Source: Bispira polyomma
Taxonomy: Eukaryota
Length of the DNA: 64,000 bases
Direction: 5' to 3'
Assembly (NCBI GenBank): GCA_965649765.1
Contig: OZ287753.1
Span: forward strand, 57,846,001 to 57,910,000
Part shown: positions 22,909 to 35,110 of the stretch, one piece after another
How the letters are laid out: every line of letters starts with the position of its first letter
Numbering within the stretch: the stretch's first letter is position 1
The notes under the pieces: generated by a model
Seen by the model: the letters and a program-made list of their open reading frames with translations, nothing else
What the model was told of the DNA's origin: nothing
Databases searched by the model: none
Made by a program: the position numbers and the translations under genes

Positions 22909-25900
22909 AATATTTATGTGGAAGTTGATATATGTTTGGTGGGAATAAAAAGTCTCTTAATATAAATACTTGTAAGAACCATATCACAGTTGTATGATAT
23001 AATAAAGTAAAACTACCAGTTGAGTCTAGAAATCGGGCTTTTTAATATTTAAACACACATCTCATGCCATTGTATCCTGGTCATGCATCGGGTGTGACTT
23101 CGTGCACTGATTCTTCCTAATATTGATGAAAACTTAATAAAAAATGGTAGACAGAAAACCCCCAGTGGGAGCAGGGTGCAGTACCTGACTGTGAGTACAA
23201 AGCACTTTAGATTGCAGCCCACTTAATTGTAGTCTTGACATGTCTGATTGGTTTGTGACATATAAATGTGCTACCGGAAATGGCACCCGGCTTAGTTAAC
23301 GACTGCCTCCATTAGTGTTGATGGCTATTCCCCACAGATTGCGTGGGAGTGCAAAGGACCAATAAAAGACCACAGATGTTTGTGTTCAAATTACACCAAT
23401 CTGGGTTAAAAAAAGGGGGGGGGGGAGGGGAGAGAAAAAAACCAAGCCTAGCATTGTCCTCATCTAAAAGTTAACTTCCACTAAATTAGGGTCACCAAAT
23501 GTTTTCCTTAAATACAAGATGTAAAAAAAAGTCGGCAATAACAAAAAATACGAAGCTTTATTTGGTGTGGTTTATTTTTCTAAGATGACATCCGTGTCAC
23601 AGTTGCCTAATGTAAATAAGTCAACATGTAATATTTTCTTGTCTTTTCAGAACTTATATCAGTCTCTCCAGATGGTCTAATGAGAGCCAACCGGAAGGAG
23701 TTGCTTCTGCTATTTTTGTTATCAATTATTTAAGAAGTCACAGCTTCAGTAATACTCAGAGAGTCTTAAGCCCACATGGAAGCCATAATACTGAGTTTAT
23801 ATATCTAGTAGAAAGCCTTAGTGTGTTTACGTGTTATAAATGTGTAATTGGTCTCTAAATCACTTAAATTTACTCTTATTGAAAACTCAATATATCCCAA
23901 TATTTTTTGCAATACAGTATACTGCAATATGAAATTGGAAAAGCAATACATACTATTCAATAGTGGATACATCATTTTTACATAAAATCTTTGAATGACC
24001 CTCACTTCTTGGTATTCTAGAAAAAATATAGTGTGAGAGCATACTATATATTTGTCAGCAACAAATTTAGAAATAAAGGAATGCATGGCCAGTCTACACT
24101 GAATACATTTTTCTTCCGCAACCGAGGGCACGCACTGATGATCCAACATCACTCTTTGAATACACACTGAATAAAATATAAATTACTCAAACTTTCATAA
24201 TTTTAATATTTAATTTCATAAGTTTCTTCCAAGATTTCTAATTCTGTTTTTTTACGGTATAAACTCATTGCATAGGCAGAAGCCTGTTGGATTTTAAAAC
24301 TCACTTTAATTTTTGCAAAGTAAAATCATCCAGTATATTTTAATTCGTATTGTGAACACATCCAGAATATTGCAATATGCAGTAATGCATTTATAAGGCA
24401 CAATACTCTATCTGTTAACAGTGTTATATCTTGTGTAAACCCTGGAGTCTGTTCTGAACCCACCCTTATTTTAGCTGAAAGGTAACTATATTAAAACTCC
24501 AAGACCATCTAAATATAACTATTATTTTCAGTGAGGAAATTAAAATATTTGGAAATACTAACATAAACGATTATTTTTATCTACTAAATTTCCTACTGTT
24601 ATTAACGCAAAGATTTACTTTTAAATGTTCTAAAAAAAATTACCAATGAAATCACAAAAGATTTTCACAGATTATTTTTAGAGGAAGAACTATTAAGCAA
24701 ATATATTATGCAAAAACAAAATTTTAACGAAAGATCGGACAATTGGAATAAATTGATAGTTTTCTGAGTAAGTAACTTTATTAATGGAAAAAAAACAAGC
24801 CAAAAATAGTAAATATTTTGTCTGTGTGTATTACATTTATTGACACATATGTCACTAATGTATATGTATATAGAAAGGAACAACAACACCACTAAAACAC
24901 TATACTCATGTCATGATTTTTTTAATAACCAAAAATTGTAAGGTAATAAAATTGCCTAACTTCTATATTTCATGAAATAAGGAGGATAATTGGCATGACT
25001 TTGAAATATGTCTTCATTGGACACTTGTAAACTTGAAAATATTCTATCAGCTTAAGAGGGTAATTGTAATAGTTTTGAGTTACTACTGACTAATGCATGT
25101 TGTCCTTGTTTATCTGATGTTAAAGGTGTAATATATAGAAGCAATTATCTTGTCAATAGAATTGATTTGTGTATTATAGCCACATAGATCTAATTTTATT
25201 TACTTATAAATCACTTTGGTAGAATCAATTGAGCTGTACCTTTGTGGTCTTATAAGACTTGTCACTTGTGATACTATAAATAGACTATGAAAGGGGAAGG
25301 ATGTAGTGCAAGAGCATGGCATGATATTGGGTAGGTAACCCAAAATCATTTGAAGTGACCTAAGCTCAACTAGGGAGTTATTCCATAACATGGGGGGGGG
25401 GGGGAGGGGGGCATCCACTGCAACCCTAGATCTGTTACCTTTGAGTTTATCAAGAAATCAGTACAAATCACGACTTGAGAGACCCTTTTTGTGACCCCCC
25501 CCCATCTTTGGTAGCTATACTTGAATTAAGTACTTTCTGCCCTTTTCAATCCAGGATATGGAGATCACACTAAATCAACTCAATGCTAGCTATTTCACAA
25601 TGTCACCAAGTTACCATTTTTTGTATGTGTCTGACAATAGCACTAACTGAACCCTCTGTATTTATTTCCTGTAGATTACACCTGAGTTCTCTCTCCATAG
25701 TCTTGATTACTTGAGGACAATCTATGTTAAATTAATATGTTTTTTTTTCTTTACTCTCTTTTACATCAGTGTGGGTTGTTAAATATCAGAGGCTGGGTAG
25801 TGTCTCCTTGGTGCAGGATATTGAACTTGATTATCTCCAGTGTGTAGAGGTGTAAAAACAATGACACACCCGTCTTTTAATGAGTGCCATCCCAGAAACC

Positions 25901-27582
25901 CGGTCTCCATTTCAGATCATAGGACTCTCTAGCTGTGTCGTGTGTTATTAGCCCACAGCTCTGGAAAAAGGTCTGTGGGTGAATTTATGAATGATTTTAT
26001 GCTCACATTCATTATAATCTAAAAAGGATATGTGGGTCAATTTCAAATTACAGGTAGCAACCCCGTGTGTTTTCATAGACTAAATATAAATTGTGGAAAT
26101 TATTATTATTAAAACATTTTTAGTATTTGTTGTATTTTTTTCAAACTGTATACTCAGTACATTTATCTTTGTATGCTATTCAAAATGCTAATTGACCCTT
26201 TCCATGACTGTCCAAGTAGAACCAACTATTTATAGCTTTAGGATAACCATTTATCAAAGTACCCAAGGTTCTTTAGCCTGCCACTGGGGGATAGGACTCA
26301 ATAACAGAAGAATCACCACCAGTGATCATCCAAGTCACTATGTATCTGGCATTACCTGGTCACCCTAAACCTAAAAAAGAAAAAGTGTGTTATTCACTAT
26401 TAGGCCACAGTGGCATACAGAACAGACCAACATTAGTACATCATTATTATTATATTTGACCCTTTCGCGACTGTAAGAAAGATACCACCGGAATACTAAA
26501 AGAATACAGATGGCTAGAGTCACTAAATTTTAATTTAAGCGACACCGTTCATGTTTCAGGAAACTGGCAGAATTTAAAATATTTTTTTTAATTAGAGTTA
26601 TCATTGTGAGTGTACAATATAATACCTAAAACAACATACAAAGATTCCCAGTCTTTCATAAAAGAACCAATTTTATTGTTAAACGTGCAATGACTTAATT
26701 TTTTTTTGTTTTTTTGACAGAATTAGAATCTGCAAGCAAGATCTGATCGAAGGCCCGTACATCCATACTTTGAGCCTCCCCCAAAGGGGTTAAAAATAAA
26801 ATACACAAAGCAATGCTTTATTTTTAGACAATATTGCTTATTCTTAAATGTAGTGTAGTTTTTAAAAATCTGAGTTTTTTAAAAGTCTCCAATATCACAA
26901 GGCAGCCTCGGTTGAACACTGCCTGTGGTATTTTATATATACTACAGTGTTTTTGATGGAGGCGATAAATGTTGATAGAGCCTTGAATGTGATATATTTT
27001 TACCTTTTAGTGATGTCAAATATTTACATATAAAGTGTAAACATTTCAATACCCTCATTTATAAAAAGTAAATATTTTCTAGTGAATCTATTGTAAATTA
27101 AATAAAATGTGTCATTTATATTTATAATGTCTTTTATTGTACATCATTCCCACATTAAGAGGGAAAGATTTAAAATAACCATATCACTGCTTGCAATTCC
27201 ATTACATGAATTTACATAAAGTGGGTCGGTAGTCGTAACGTGGATAAATATTTTAACTCCCCACAAAATTGTTCTACAGACCAAAATGTACTCAATGTAT
27301 TTGATATAATATATTGCTTTTCATATTCTTTACTGATTCAGAGAATTTGAAGCGGTCAAATGCTTTTACATAACATGGTATTGTGGTCACTTTATGATAG
27401 ACCCACTTTACGATAACCTGCGGACTTCTTAAACTAATGTAGCCTGGCTTGAGACTTATATTTGTCATAAAGTCTCATTTGATTTGGAATTAATTCAGAA
27501 GTACTCTCTTATAAACTTTTAAAAAACCCACATTTGGGTCTGTTCTTAACTTTCGGTCAGTAGTTTCTTCTCCTGGCCAAGG

Positions 27583-27810
27583 GCGCTTCACAATCACTGG
27601 TCTCTCACCTCTGGGCGGCGTGAGTTTGTATCCCGTCGATGCCTATGTGGGAAGGTGGTAGTTCCTTACTGTGGGCCGCTGGTTTCAGTACAGAACCTTG
27701 ACCGACTGTATGCAGTGTTCCCTCCAGCCTTTCCAACTACCCGTCAAATATAACCTACTAAAAGGTACTAGAGTGGACGTTAAATATCCAAATTCAAATT
27801 TAAATTCAAA
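27583..27810 (+). mobile_element. 5'-truncated SINE family 1
   Basis: Near-identical to 12310-12534; TSD TTCTCCTGGC(C/G)AAGG at 27568-27582 and 27811-27825. Confidence 0.92.
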
Positions 27811-29789
27811 TTCTCCTGGCGAAGGCTAGATATCTTTGCCACTTATATGAGTACATTCTGCAAAAATTCAAGGTACAAATCAAATGTAACTGTTTGTTAA
27901 TAAACTTAAGCCTCAAGCCAGGCAAAAACGAATGTGCAAAAGAATGTGAGTTTTGACACTATGTTCAATAGAATATCAGACATCCAGAGTGTGGATTACC
28001 ATAAATTGCACTGTGTAAAACCTGACTGAACCTTTTGTTTTACAGTAAAAGAATTGTTGTATGAAGTGTATTTCATAAATGTACCTTCAAGAATGTTTCT
28101 GAAATACCATTCTGCACTAGCTACAGTAATGTGTGGCAGAGGTCTTCAATTATAAGGTAGTTTCATGACCTATAATTCAGTTTGTGGCAAAACAAAACTA
28201 TGATAACTTAACACTGATACGGACCCCTTAACTTTCGAAAACCATGATGAAACAAAGGTAGCTTTTCATTTGATTCCTTCAAAATAATCAATGACTGAAC
28301 TGATTGATATATACTTTTATTTTACTTTTAAATGATCAAGTGTATAATGTAACGAACAAAACAAACAAAAGACAATATGTGATCAAGTGTGATTAAACAA
28401 ACAAGAAACAATATTAACGAAATAAAGTTAAATAAATTTGGCCAGAATTGGTTCTGAATAAGACCAATAAATAATCACTTTTCAAAATTTTTATTAGGAC
28501 AAAATTTGAACTTGTAATGAAATTTTATCTAAAAAAATAGGCAATAGTGAAAATTAATTAAATCCAAAAAACTTCTCAAAAATTGTATGTTAGGGGGAAA
28601 TTTTCTTCCATCTAAATAAAATTATCACTTCCAGAGTATGTATAATTTTTTATTTCTGTGACATAAATCTACTAACACAAAAAAATAACTGAAGACGATC
28701 TTGTGTTGGGGGGTATGCATGGATTTAAGAAAGGAAGGAGCAAGTGCTTTCTAGCAATAGCAGTGCATCAGACTTGTATTGTATATTCAGTGGGTATCTT
28801 AATTAAATCAAATGGATTCCATACACTGCCCTATACTGATCATGACCTGGACAAAGATCACCATTTTGTACTAATACGGACAAATGATCCTGAAAAGTAA
28901 GACTAGTTTTTTTGCTTATATATCTAAAAAAAAATCAAAAATAAATTTTTTTCAATACACTGTGTGTTTCTATGTACACCACTAGATTACTGTTATTGAT
29001 AAAGGATTCAGAAATTAAATTCTGAGTAACATGACAAAATAAATACCAAAAAGAACTAAATTTTCCTTTAGAAAACAATGCACAATGACCTATTTATAGA
29101 CAATAAAGGCTCATTGTTACAAGTATTCTCCTTTATTTCTTATTTTTTCTACCTTGATTAATGGATTTCGAGATAATTACAGTCTCTAACGCAAACCCTT
29201 ATATAGCAAATGCAGTGCAGAGGTCTATTTCATTGAAAGCATCTCCAGTTCCAAATTGGTACTTAACTCAAAATGAGAATACCTGGAAGTAGCTCTGCAC
29301 AGCACTAACTTATATACTCATCAGCATATACTTTAATACATTTAGTAAGGCTAGAATTAATGATGAATGTCATGTTTTAAACTAGTTAATATAGGCAGGA
29401 AGATACAGACACATCAGGTTTGACCTTTCAGTTTGAGTCTGCACTAGAATTAATTTCCAGAATATGAGCCCTCCCCTTCCTCCTCGGTCTCATTTTACTG
29501 TCAATAACATCCCTATGCTCATACAATAGAATATACAAGACTGTCACAATTTGATTATATTGCATTACCCAAGCATAAGCCAACCTCATTCATGGAATGA
29601 TATTAATAATTTACACATGCTCCTATAACCTGTGAATTCATTAGAAACATATCATATTTCAATGCTGGTTAACAATAACATGATTTATTATTTATCCATT
29701 AAGATATATGTACACTGTACTCAGTTGATATTTTTGGAGTGTAAAAATTGTAAAAATCTTTAAGAATATACCCAAATGAAAGGGGCTTG

Positions 29790-30117
29790 GTCCCATATTT
29801 ACTAACATTCTTATTCTTAGAATTAGTCTTAGTATTTTGTTAGAAATTAAGCATTTTCTAAGAACATTTTTAAAAGTGAGAAAAAATCTAAGACTTAAAA
29901 TTTTTAAGAATTGTCATACAAATGCTTACTCAATAAAACTTCTTCCAGAAACAATAGCTACATGCTAGTCAAGAACTAATATATTAATGCTACATGTTTG
30001 TAACACAGCTATAATACTCAATTTGTCAACATTTAACTTTGGAAATCTAAACATTCTCAGGAAGTTAGAAATTCTTATTCTCAGAATCTATGTGTAAGAA
30101 TGTTAGTGAATATGGAC
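29790..30117. mobile_element. Fold-back MITE immediately 3' of the GPRIN-like stop codon
   Basis: TIRs CCATATTTACTAACATTCTTA (29793) / TAAGAATGTTAGTGAATATGG (30115) with internal TTCTTA/TAAGAA motifs; related to 52660-52983. Confidence 0.75.
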
Positions 30118-30158
30118 GTAGATCTATTGATGCAGTCTTAGTCAACTAACTATGTCTA

Positions 30159-31781
30159 CTAACACATAGTTGGTTCAGGTTGTTTCCTTTGAGTCCCAAA
30201 GAGACATAGAAATCGCCACCAAGCCACAAAGGATTTGGATCTGGACTCTGTTATGTGTCTTTCATGCAGTGACCCTCCGTTACTGGATGGGCCGGGAGAA
30301 ATGCACAGCTTCGGTGAGTCCTCAGGTTTCCTCATCAGTTTCTCTAAATGTTTTTGTATAGCACCTCCAAGTATTTCAGGATCAATTTCTGCTCCATAGA
30401 CATCCCAGGTCTGTCCAAGCTCATCAAATATAATCTCAGGAGGCTGTTGCTGCTGTTGGTCTAGATTATATTCATCTAGATCCCCAATTCCTCCTTGACC
30501 ATACGTTAGGTCAGTCTCATATTCCATAGGGTTAACACCAGCCTTACCTCTTCCACTGTCTAGAATGACCTCCGGGTACACATGTACAGTGCTGTTCACA
30601 GAGCCCAGTCTTGAAGAGTATCTACTATCACAGATGGCTGATTCGGAAGTGTCACTTTTGATTGACTTAACACTGATGACAGAAGTCTGACTCACGTAGG
30701 ACGTTCTGTTTCCCTGGGATGCCTGACTACCGTACGATGACTGAGAGCAATAAGACTGTCTCGGGTACTTACTCGCCTCACCAGAGACGGGTCTACTACT
30801 CTGTCCAACCGCTGGAGTCATTTCCTTTTTATAGCAGGTTAGGATATTCTGTAAGTCCTCATTTGAGCAAACCACACCACCAGAATTTGATGATTTACTG
30901 GAATTTAAATCGGTATCCATGCGAGAATTTCTGCTTTCTGCCGAGGCAATAGTCTGTTTCCGCTCCTTGACAAAGGTTGTTGGTAAACGGTCGTAAGTAT
31001 CCTCACTGATTGAACGCCTTCGAAATGCATCTCTTGCTGCATTCGCATTCTTCAGTTCTATATCAGGTGGTAATGTATCGTCTTCAATAGCACTAGTTTC
31101 TTTCGCTTCAGTTAAATGTACCACCGGGTCAGATTTCATACGACAACGTCCAAACTTCCCGTCATTGTCAAGAATGTTTTCATCCGCCGCATGTCCAATG
31201 GTGTCCGACCTCTTACAACGCTTACGCTTCTTGGTCAACTCCATCATCTGAATAGACTCTATGTCTAAGTCCTTCTGCTGCAGAGCTGCCTTGGCATGCT
31301 CATTGGCCTTTTGTCTGCGGTCCTGTAGGATAGCTGCCGCACTAGGCCATTCTGTGGAGGTCAAGAACAAACTCTGCTGTATCCGTTCTTTGAACTTGGC
31401 CAAAATAGCAGATGGCGAAGTAGGGCTTTTTGAGAATGGTGACCTCCTGCCGGAGTTTGTGTCTTTTAAAGGCAACAAAGGCTCATCGGTCGATATGGTA
31501 ATACTCCTTCTCTGTTGGAACAACGTCCTCCTCTGGTTAGCACTGGAGGTTTCTTCAGGTTGTGACGGACCATGCGAAGGTGAACAACTTTCAGCTCCCT
31601 TGTCAGATGACGGTTGCACTTCCCGATGTCTTGGTGACCTCAGGAGACGTGTTTGTTCATCTTCATCGTTCTCATTCTCCACCTCAGGGATTAGCTGGGG
31701 TGGGATGGAGGATAGGGTCATGGCTCTCCTGTAGAACTGACGCCTCTTGCGGGAGATGTCTGTGCTCATCATGGTCAGCAT
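30159..31781 (-). CDS. GPRIN/GRIN-like protein (G protein-regulated inducer of neurite outgrowth, C-terminal GRIN_C motif), 540 aa, single coding exon
   Basis: Only long ORF in the window. C-terminal PEIIFDELGQTWDVYGAEIDPEILGGAIQKHLEKLM matches the vertebrate GPRIN pattern V.WDE.GMTWEVYGA..D.EVLG.AIQKHLE. The body is Ser-rich and likely disordered, and the tail carries Cys. The track start at 31820 is GTG, an in-frame TGA lies at 31824-31826, and the first ATG is at 31781. Confidence 0.88.
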   Translation of the reverse strand: MLTMMSTDISRKRRQFYRRAMTLSSIPPQLIPEVENENDEDEQTRLLRSPRHREVQPSSDKGAESCSPSHGPSQPEETSSANQRRTLFQQRRSITISTDEPLLPLKDTNSGRRSPFSKSPTSPSAILAKFKERIQQSLFLTSTEWPSAAAILQDRRQKANEHAKAALQQKDLDIESIQMMELTKKRKRCKRSDTIGHAADENILDNDGKFGRCRMKSDPVVHLTEAKETSAIEDDTLPPDIELKNANAARDAFRRRSISEDTYDRLPTTFVKERKQTIASAESRNSRMDTDLNSSKSSNSGGVVCSNEDLQNILTCYKKEMTPAVGQSSRPVSGEASKYPRQSYCSQSSYGSQASQGNRTSYVSQTSVISVKSIKSDTSESAICDSRYSSRLGSVNSTVHVYPEVILDSGRGKAGVNPMEYETDLTYGQGGIGDLDEYNLDQQQQQPPEIIFDELGQTWDVYGAEIDPEILGGAIQKHLEKLMRKPEDSPKLCISPGPSSNGGSLHERHITESRSKSFVAWWRFLCLFGTQRKQPEPTMC

Positions 31782-31789
31782 GCTGTGCT

Positions 31790-31834
31790 CTACTCCCACT
31801 GGTCTAGAGGTGAAAGACACATCTCAGGTAGCAT
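31790..31834 (-). promoter_or_regulatory. Upstream ORF MLPEMCLSPLDQWE* ending 8 nt before the main ATG
   Basis: ATG CTA CCT GAG ATG TGT ... GAG TAG read directly; out of frame with the CDS. Confidence 0.55.
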
Positions 31835-31860
31835 CTGGAAACACATGAACACTTACTTTG
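31834..31860 (-). other. Splice acceptor of the coding exon (GTGTTTCCAG | exon starts 31834)
   Basis: Minus-strand TTCATGTGTTTCCAG/ATG at a sharp switch from AT-rich intron-like to GC-richer exon-like sequence. Confidence 0.7.
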
Positions 31861-33345
31861 TAAGATTTACTGTAATTAAATGATTCATGCAAAAAAAAAT
31901 AAAAAATAAATTACATCCTGTTTAGCATGTTTTATTGTAGGCAGATGTTATACTTTTTTATTATTACACATTACCTGTAATTTAAGACACTTCAACACAG
32001 GTGTTTTAGGACTTCAGTAAAGATAAAAATGAACCTAAATGGTCACAACACAAGTTTCACACAAGAAAGTAATTAATTCTCTGACAACAATTTAGTCAAC
32101 ATTATGAGAGCTACTACTTAATATGGTTTAAACTTGGGGATTATCTTGGTGGTTATAAACAAGGTTTTAATCTGTTGCTACTTAATTCATTTACATTCAG
32201 AATGCTTTACCTCAAAATAGAAGGACCAAAGCCAATTCCTCCAACCTTTTTTATACATCAAAAGCCAACAAAACCTAGTGTACCTATAACAATCGTATAG
32301 TTAAATTACACCTGAGAATTTTATCATTGAAAAAAAAAATTGTCCACTATTCTTAACTAGTGTACATTTATTTATGTTATTATGACAAAAAAATCATAGT
32401 ATACAGGATTTTAGACAGAAATATTTAAATATGACTCTATAAGAGGTAGAAATGAAGTAGGACCTCGATATAATTTGTGCACATAGAGTATCCTTACTGC
32501 CCTTACAACGGTATGGCATGTGTAATGTAATTTGACTGCCATGTGTCTTCTACGTGTACAAGTACATCTTTTAAAATAAAAATGGTCTACTCCCCCCCCC
32601 CCCCCTATTTTTTTGGTTTTGCTCTATTTTCTTTTTGTACTAAAAGCATGTACAATGTACGAACATTTATATATATATATATGTTTTTATTTTATGTTAT
32701 TATATGATACATTATATGATGTAAAAAATGGAGCACAAAAAAAAAACGAAAAAAAAATACACGACACTACTGAAAAGCAATGGAAGAAGCGTTCAATCAG
32801 TCGTTATAGTGAGTGAATAAAGAGTACAAACAGTAAATACAATAAGCTTATTGTATTTGTAACAACAAGAACAACAAAAAAATAACCTAGTTTGCAGAGC
32901 ACAGGAATTTTTTTTCTCTCTCTCAGAAATGGCTTTCTTTTTTTCTAATGGAACAAAATCCTAGGCTTTTTGTGTATTTCTAAGAGGGGGGGGGGGAGGG
33001 GGGGGGAGGGGGGGAGGGGGGAGAGAAGGAAAGTAACTCTCTGAGCATTAGCTAAGGAGGGAGGTCATTATTTACTTTATTGTTCATTTAGAGTTTCCTG
33101 TTTTACTGCTATATGTTTTTTGCAGCTTTATGTCTATTTTTGTTGTATCTCTATATACAGTTTAAGGTTGCCGTCTTATTAACTAACCACTGGCTCTGCA
33201 ACACGTAAATGCTCTTTTCTTGTGAACTTCTAAAAGCAGTACTAAGAAATGTAAGGACTGCAGGGGGGTAAATCCGATGAAAAGAAGAAGATAGTGTTTT
33301 TTATCTGAACCCATTTAAATTTAATTAATCATGTCTGCTAAAAGG

Positions 33346-33347
<2 letters not shown>

Positions 33348-33397
<50 letters not shown>
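33348..33397. repeat. (TA)n microsatellite in putative intron 1
   Basis: Direct read. Confidence 0.95.
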
Positions 33398-33400
<3 letters not shown>

Positions 33401-34447
33401 GCTGTGTAACCAGGCCTAAAAAGCATTGTAATATATAGAGAGGTGTATTCCAAGGACTTTAAAAAAAAAAAATTATGTCTAATTTATTCATGTAACTGAC
33501 AATTAATGGACAATTGTCAGAATATCAAAATGAAACTGACAGGTAGCATATTAAAAGGTCATGAATGTTAGTATGCAATATGTATTAATTTGTGAACTAT
33601 AATTTGGCAAAAATCAAATATACTGTACCTTTTTATTATACATTTAAAAAAAATCAGCTGTAACCGCATATATAAACTTCAGAGAGATTACAAAAAATAA
33701 TGAAAACATATTTGATTGTTGCTGAATTGATGAATTGATCATCCCCCATCCCCTATGCCTGTCTGAAACAAATTGTTGCTTAGAATATTTCAGGAACACA
33801 TGAGAAAAAAACCGCATATTCTACTGGATACAGACATGACAGAATATTAAAAGTCTTCATATGAGGAACACATGATATGCACGAATAAAAAACTATTTCT
33901 GTGTTGTATATGAGGCATGATAAAACTTTGTCCTGCAATTAAAAAACTTTCTGTCAACCTTAACTTGCATCAAATAAATGTGATCAATATTATCTCATCA
34001 CATGGTGCTTATATATGTTGCATGTAATTTTATACAAAACACAAGTGATGAGAATTGTGCTCCAACAACATCATAATATTGCACACAATGGTTGAAAGAC
34101 TGGGGAGTAGCCAGACTATTTCATTTGGTACTCCCCAATCACACAAAAATATTAGATTGGTTTTTTGCCCTAACAAAAATTCAATTCATGGGGCGGGGGG
34201 TGGGGGGTGGGGTGGGGTGGGGGTGGGGGGTTACGACAACATAATATTTTGGTTTATTTGGGGGTTACCAAAACATAAATTATTTAATAACATGAATCTA
34301 TGTTACTACTAAAACAAACAGAATAAAGAAAAAAAAAAAAATTTTTTTTATTTTTTTTCTTGTCATTAAATTGGTACACCTGGGCGTACTGACGTTAACG
34401 GTAGCTATGCCCCTGTAAAGAATTGTCACAAACTTAAACTGTCTTAC

Positions 34448-35110
34448 CTTTTTTTCCCAAAAAACTATTAATATCCCTGATTTTATCCTGAAATCCTACA
34501 TATGTAGTAATATTTTAGATATTCCTAAAACCTGGCAGTGTACCGAAGGCAACAATGGCATCGTCAATTTATATAAAAGATATGTAATATCTCTTTATTC
34601 ACAAAGTTTTATCATGTATCATATACAACATTGAAATAGTTTTTTTTTCTCACAAATCATGTGTTCCTCATGATATGAAGACTTTTTATATTCTGTCATG
34701 CCAGTATCCAGACGTTTATATTGGTAGCATCCACTTATAATAAGAGAAATATTGGTTTCACCTACTATATCAAGGAGTACAGTGTTTGCTAGGTGTAAAG
34801 CAACAAAAAACATACACACACCAATCCACCCACCCACCCACCCCCTTAAAGAAAAACAGTGAAAACAGCACACACAGTAACAAAAATCCGAGAAGAATGT
34901 CTACATGTTTGAGAGATTACAAACAAATTGGATAAAAGAAACAGAGCTGCACATGGAGTGCGGAAAAGAGCGAGTTCCAGTAATGACCCCTGCCAGCTCA
35001 GCCCTTTTAATGCCGAGTCTCTCATTCAACGGCGTGAATTAAACGAATCGTTGACGTGGGGAGGGGAAGGGAGTATGAGAGAGAGGGGGAGGGCCGAGTG
35101 GCTGAGTGTT
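34448..35110 (-). promoter_or_regulatory. Candidate promoter and non-coding first exon of the GPRIN-like gene
   Basis: Strong minus-strand donor AAG/GTAAGA at 34448/34447. CpG-enriched stretch at 34950-35110 with TATA-like TTAAAAG (~35004-35010, minus), TGACGT (35052) and GA-rich tracts. Confidence 0.4.

Noticed and set aside
31261-31734. 157-aa plus-strand ORF and other plus-strand ORFs over the CDS
   Set aside because: Antisense to the real CDS, with no recognisable features.
31782-31820. ORF-track N-terminus MSFTSRP...
   Set aside because: The start is GTG, just after an in-frame stop; the first ATG is at 31781.
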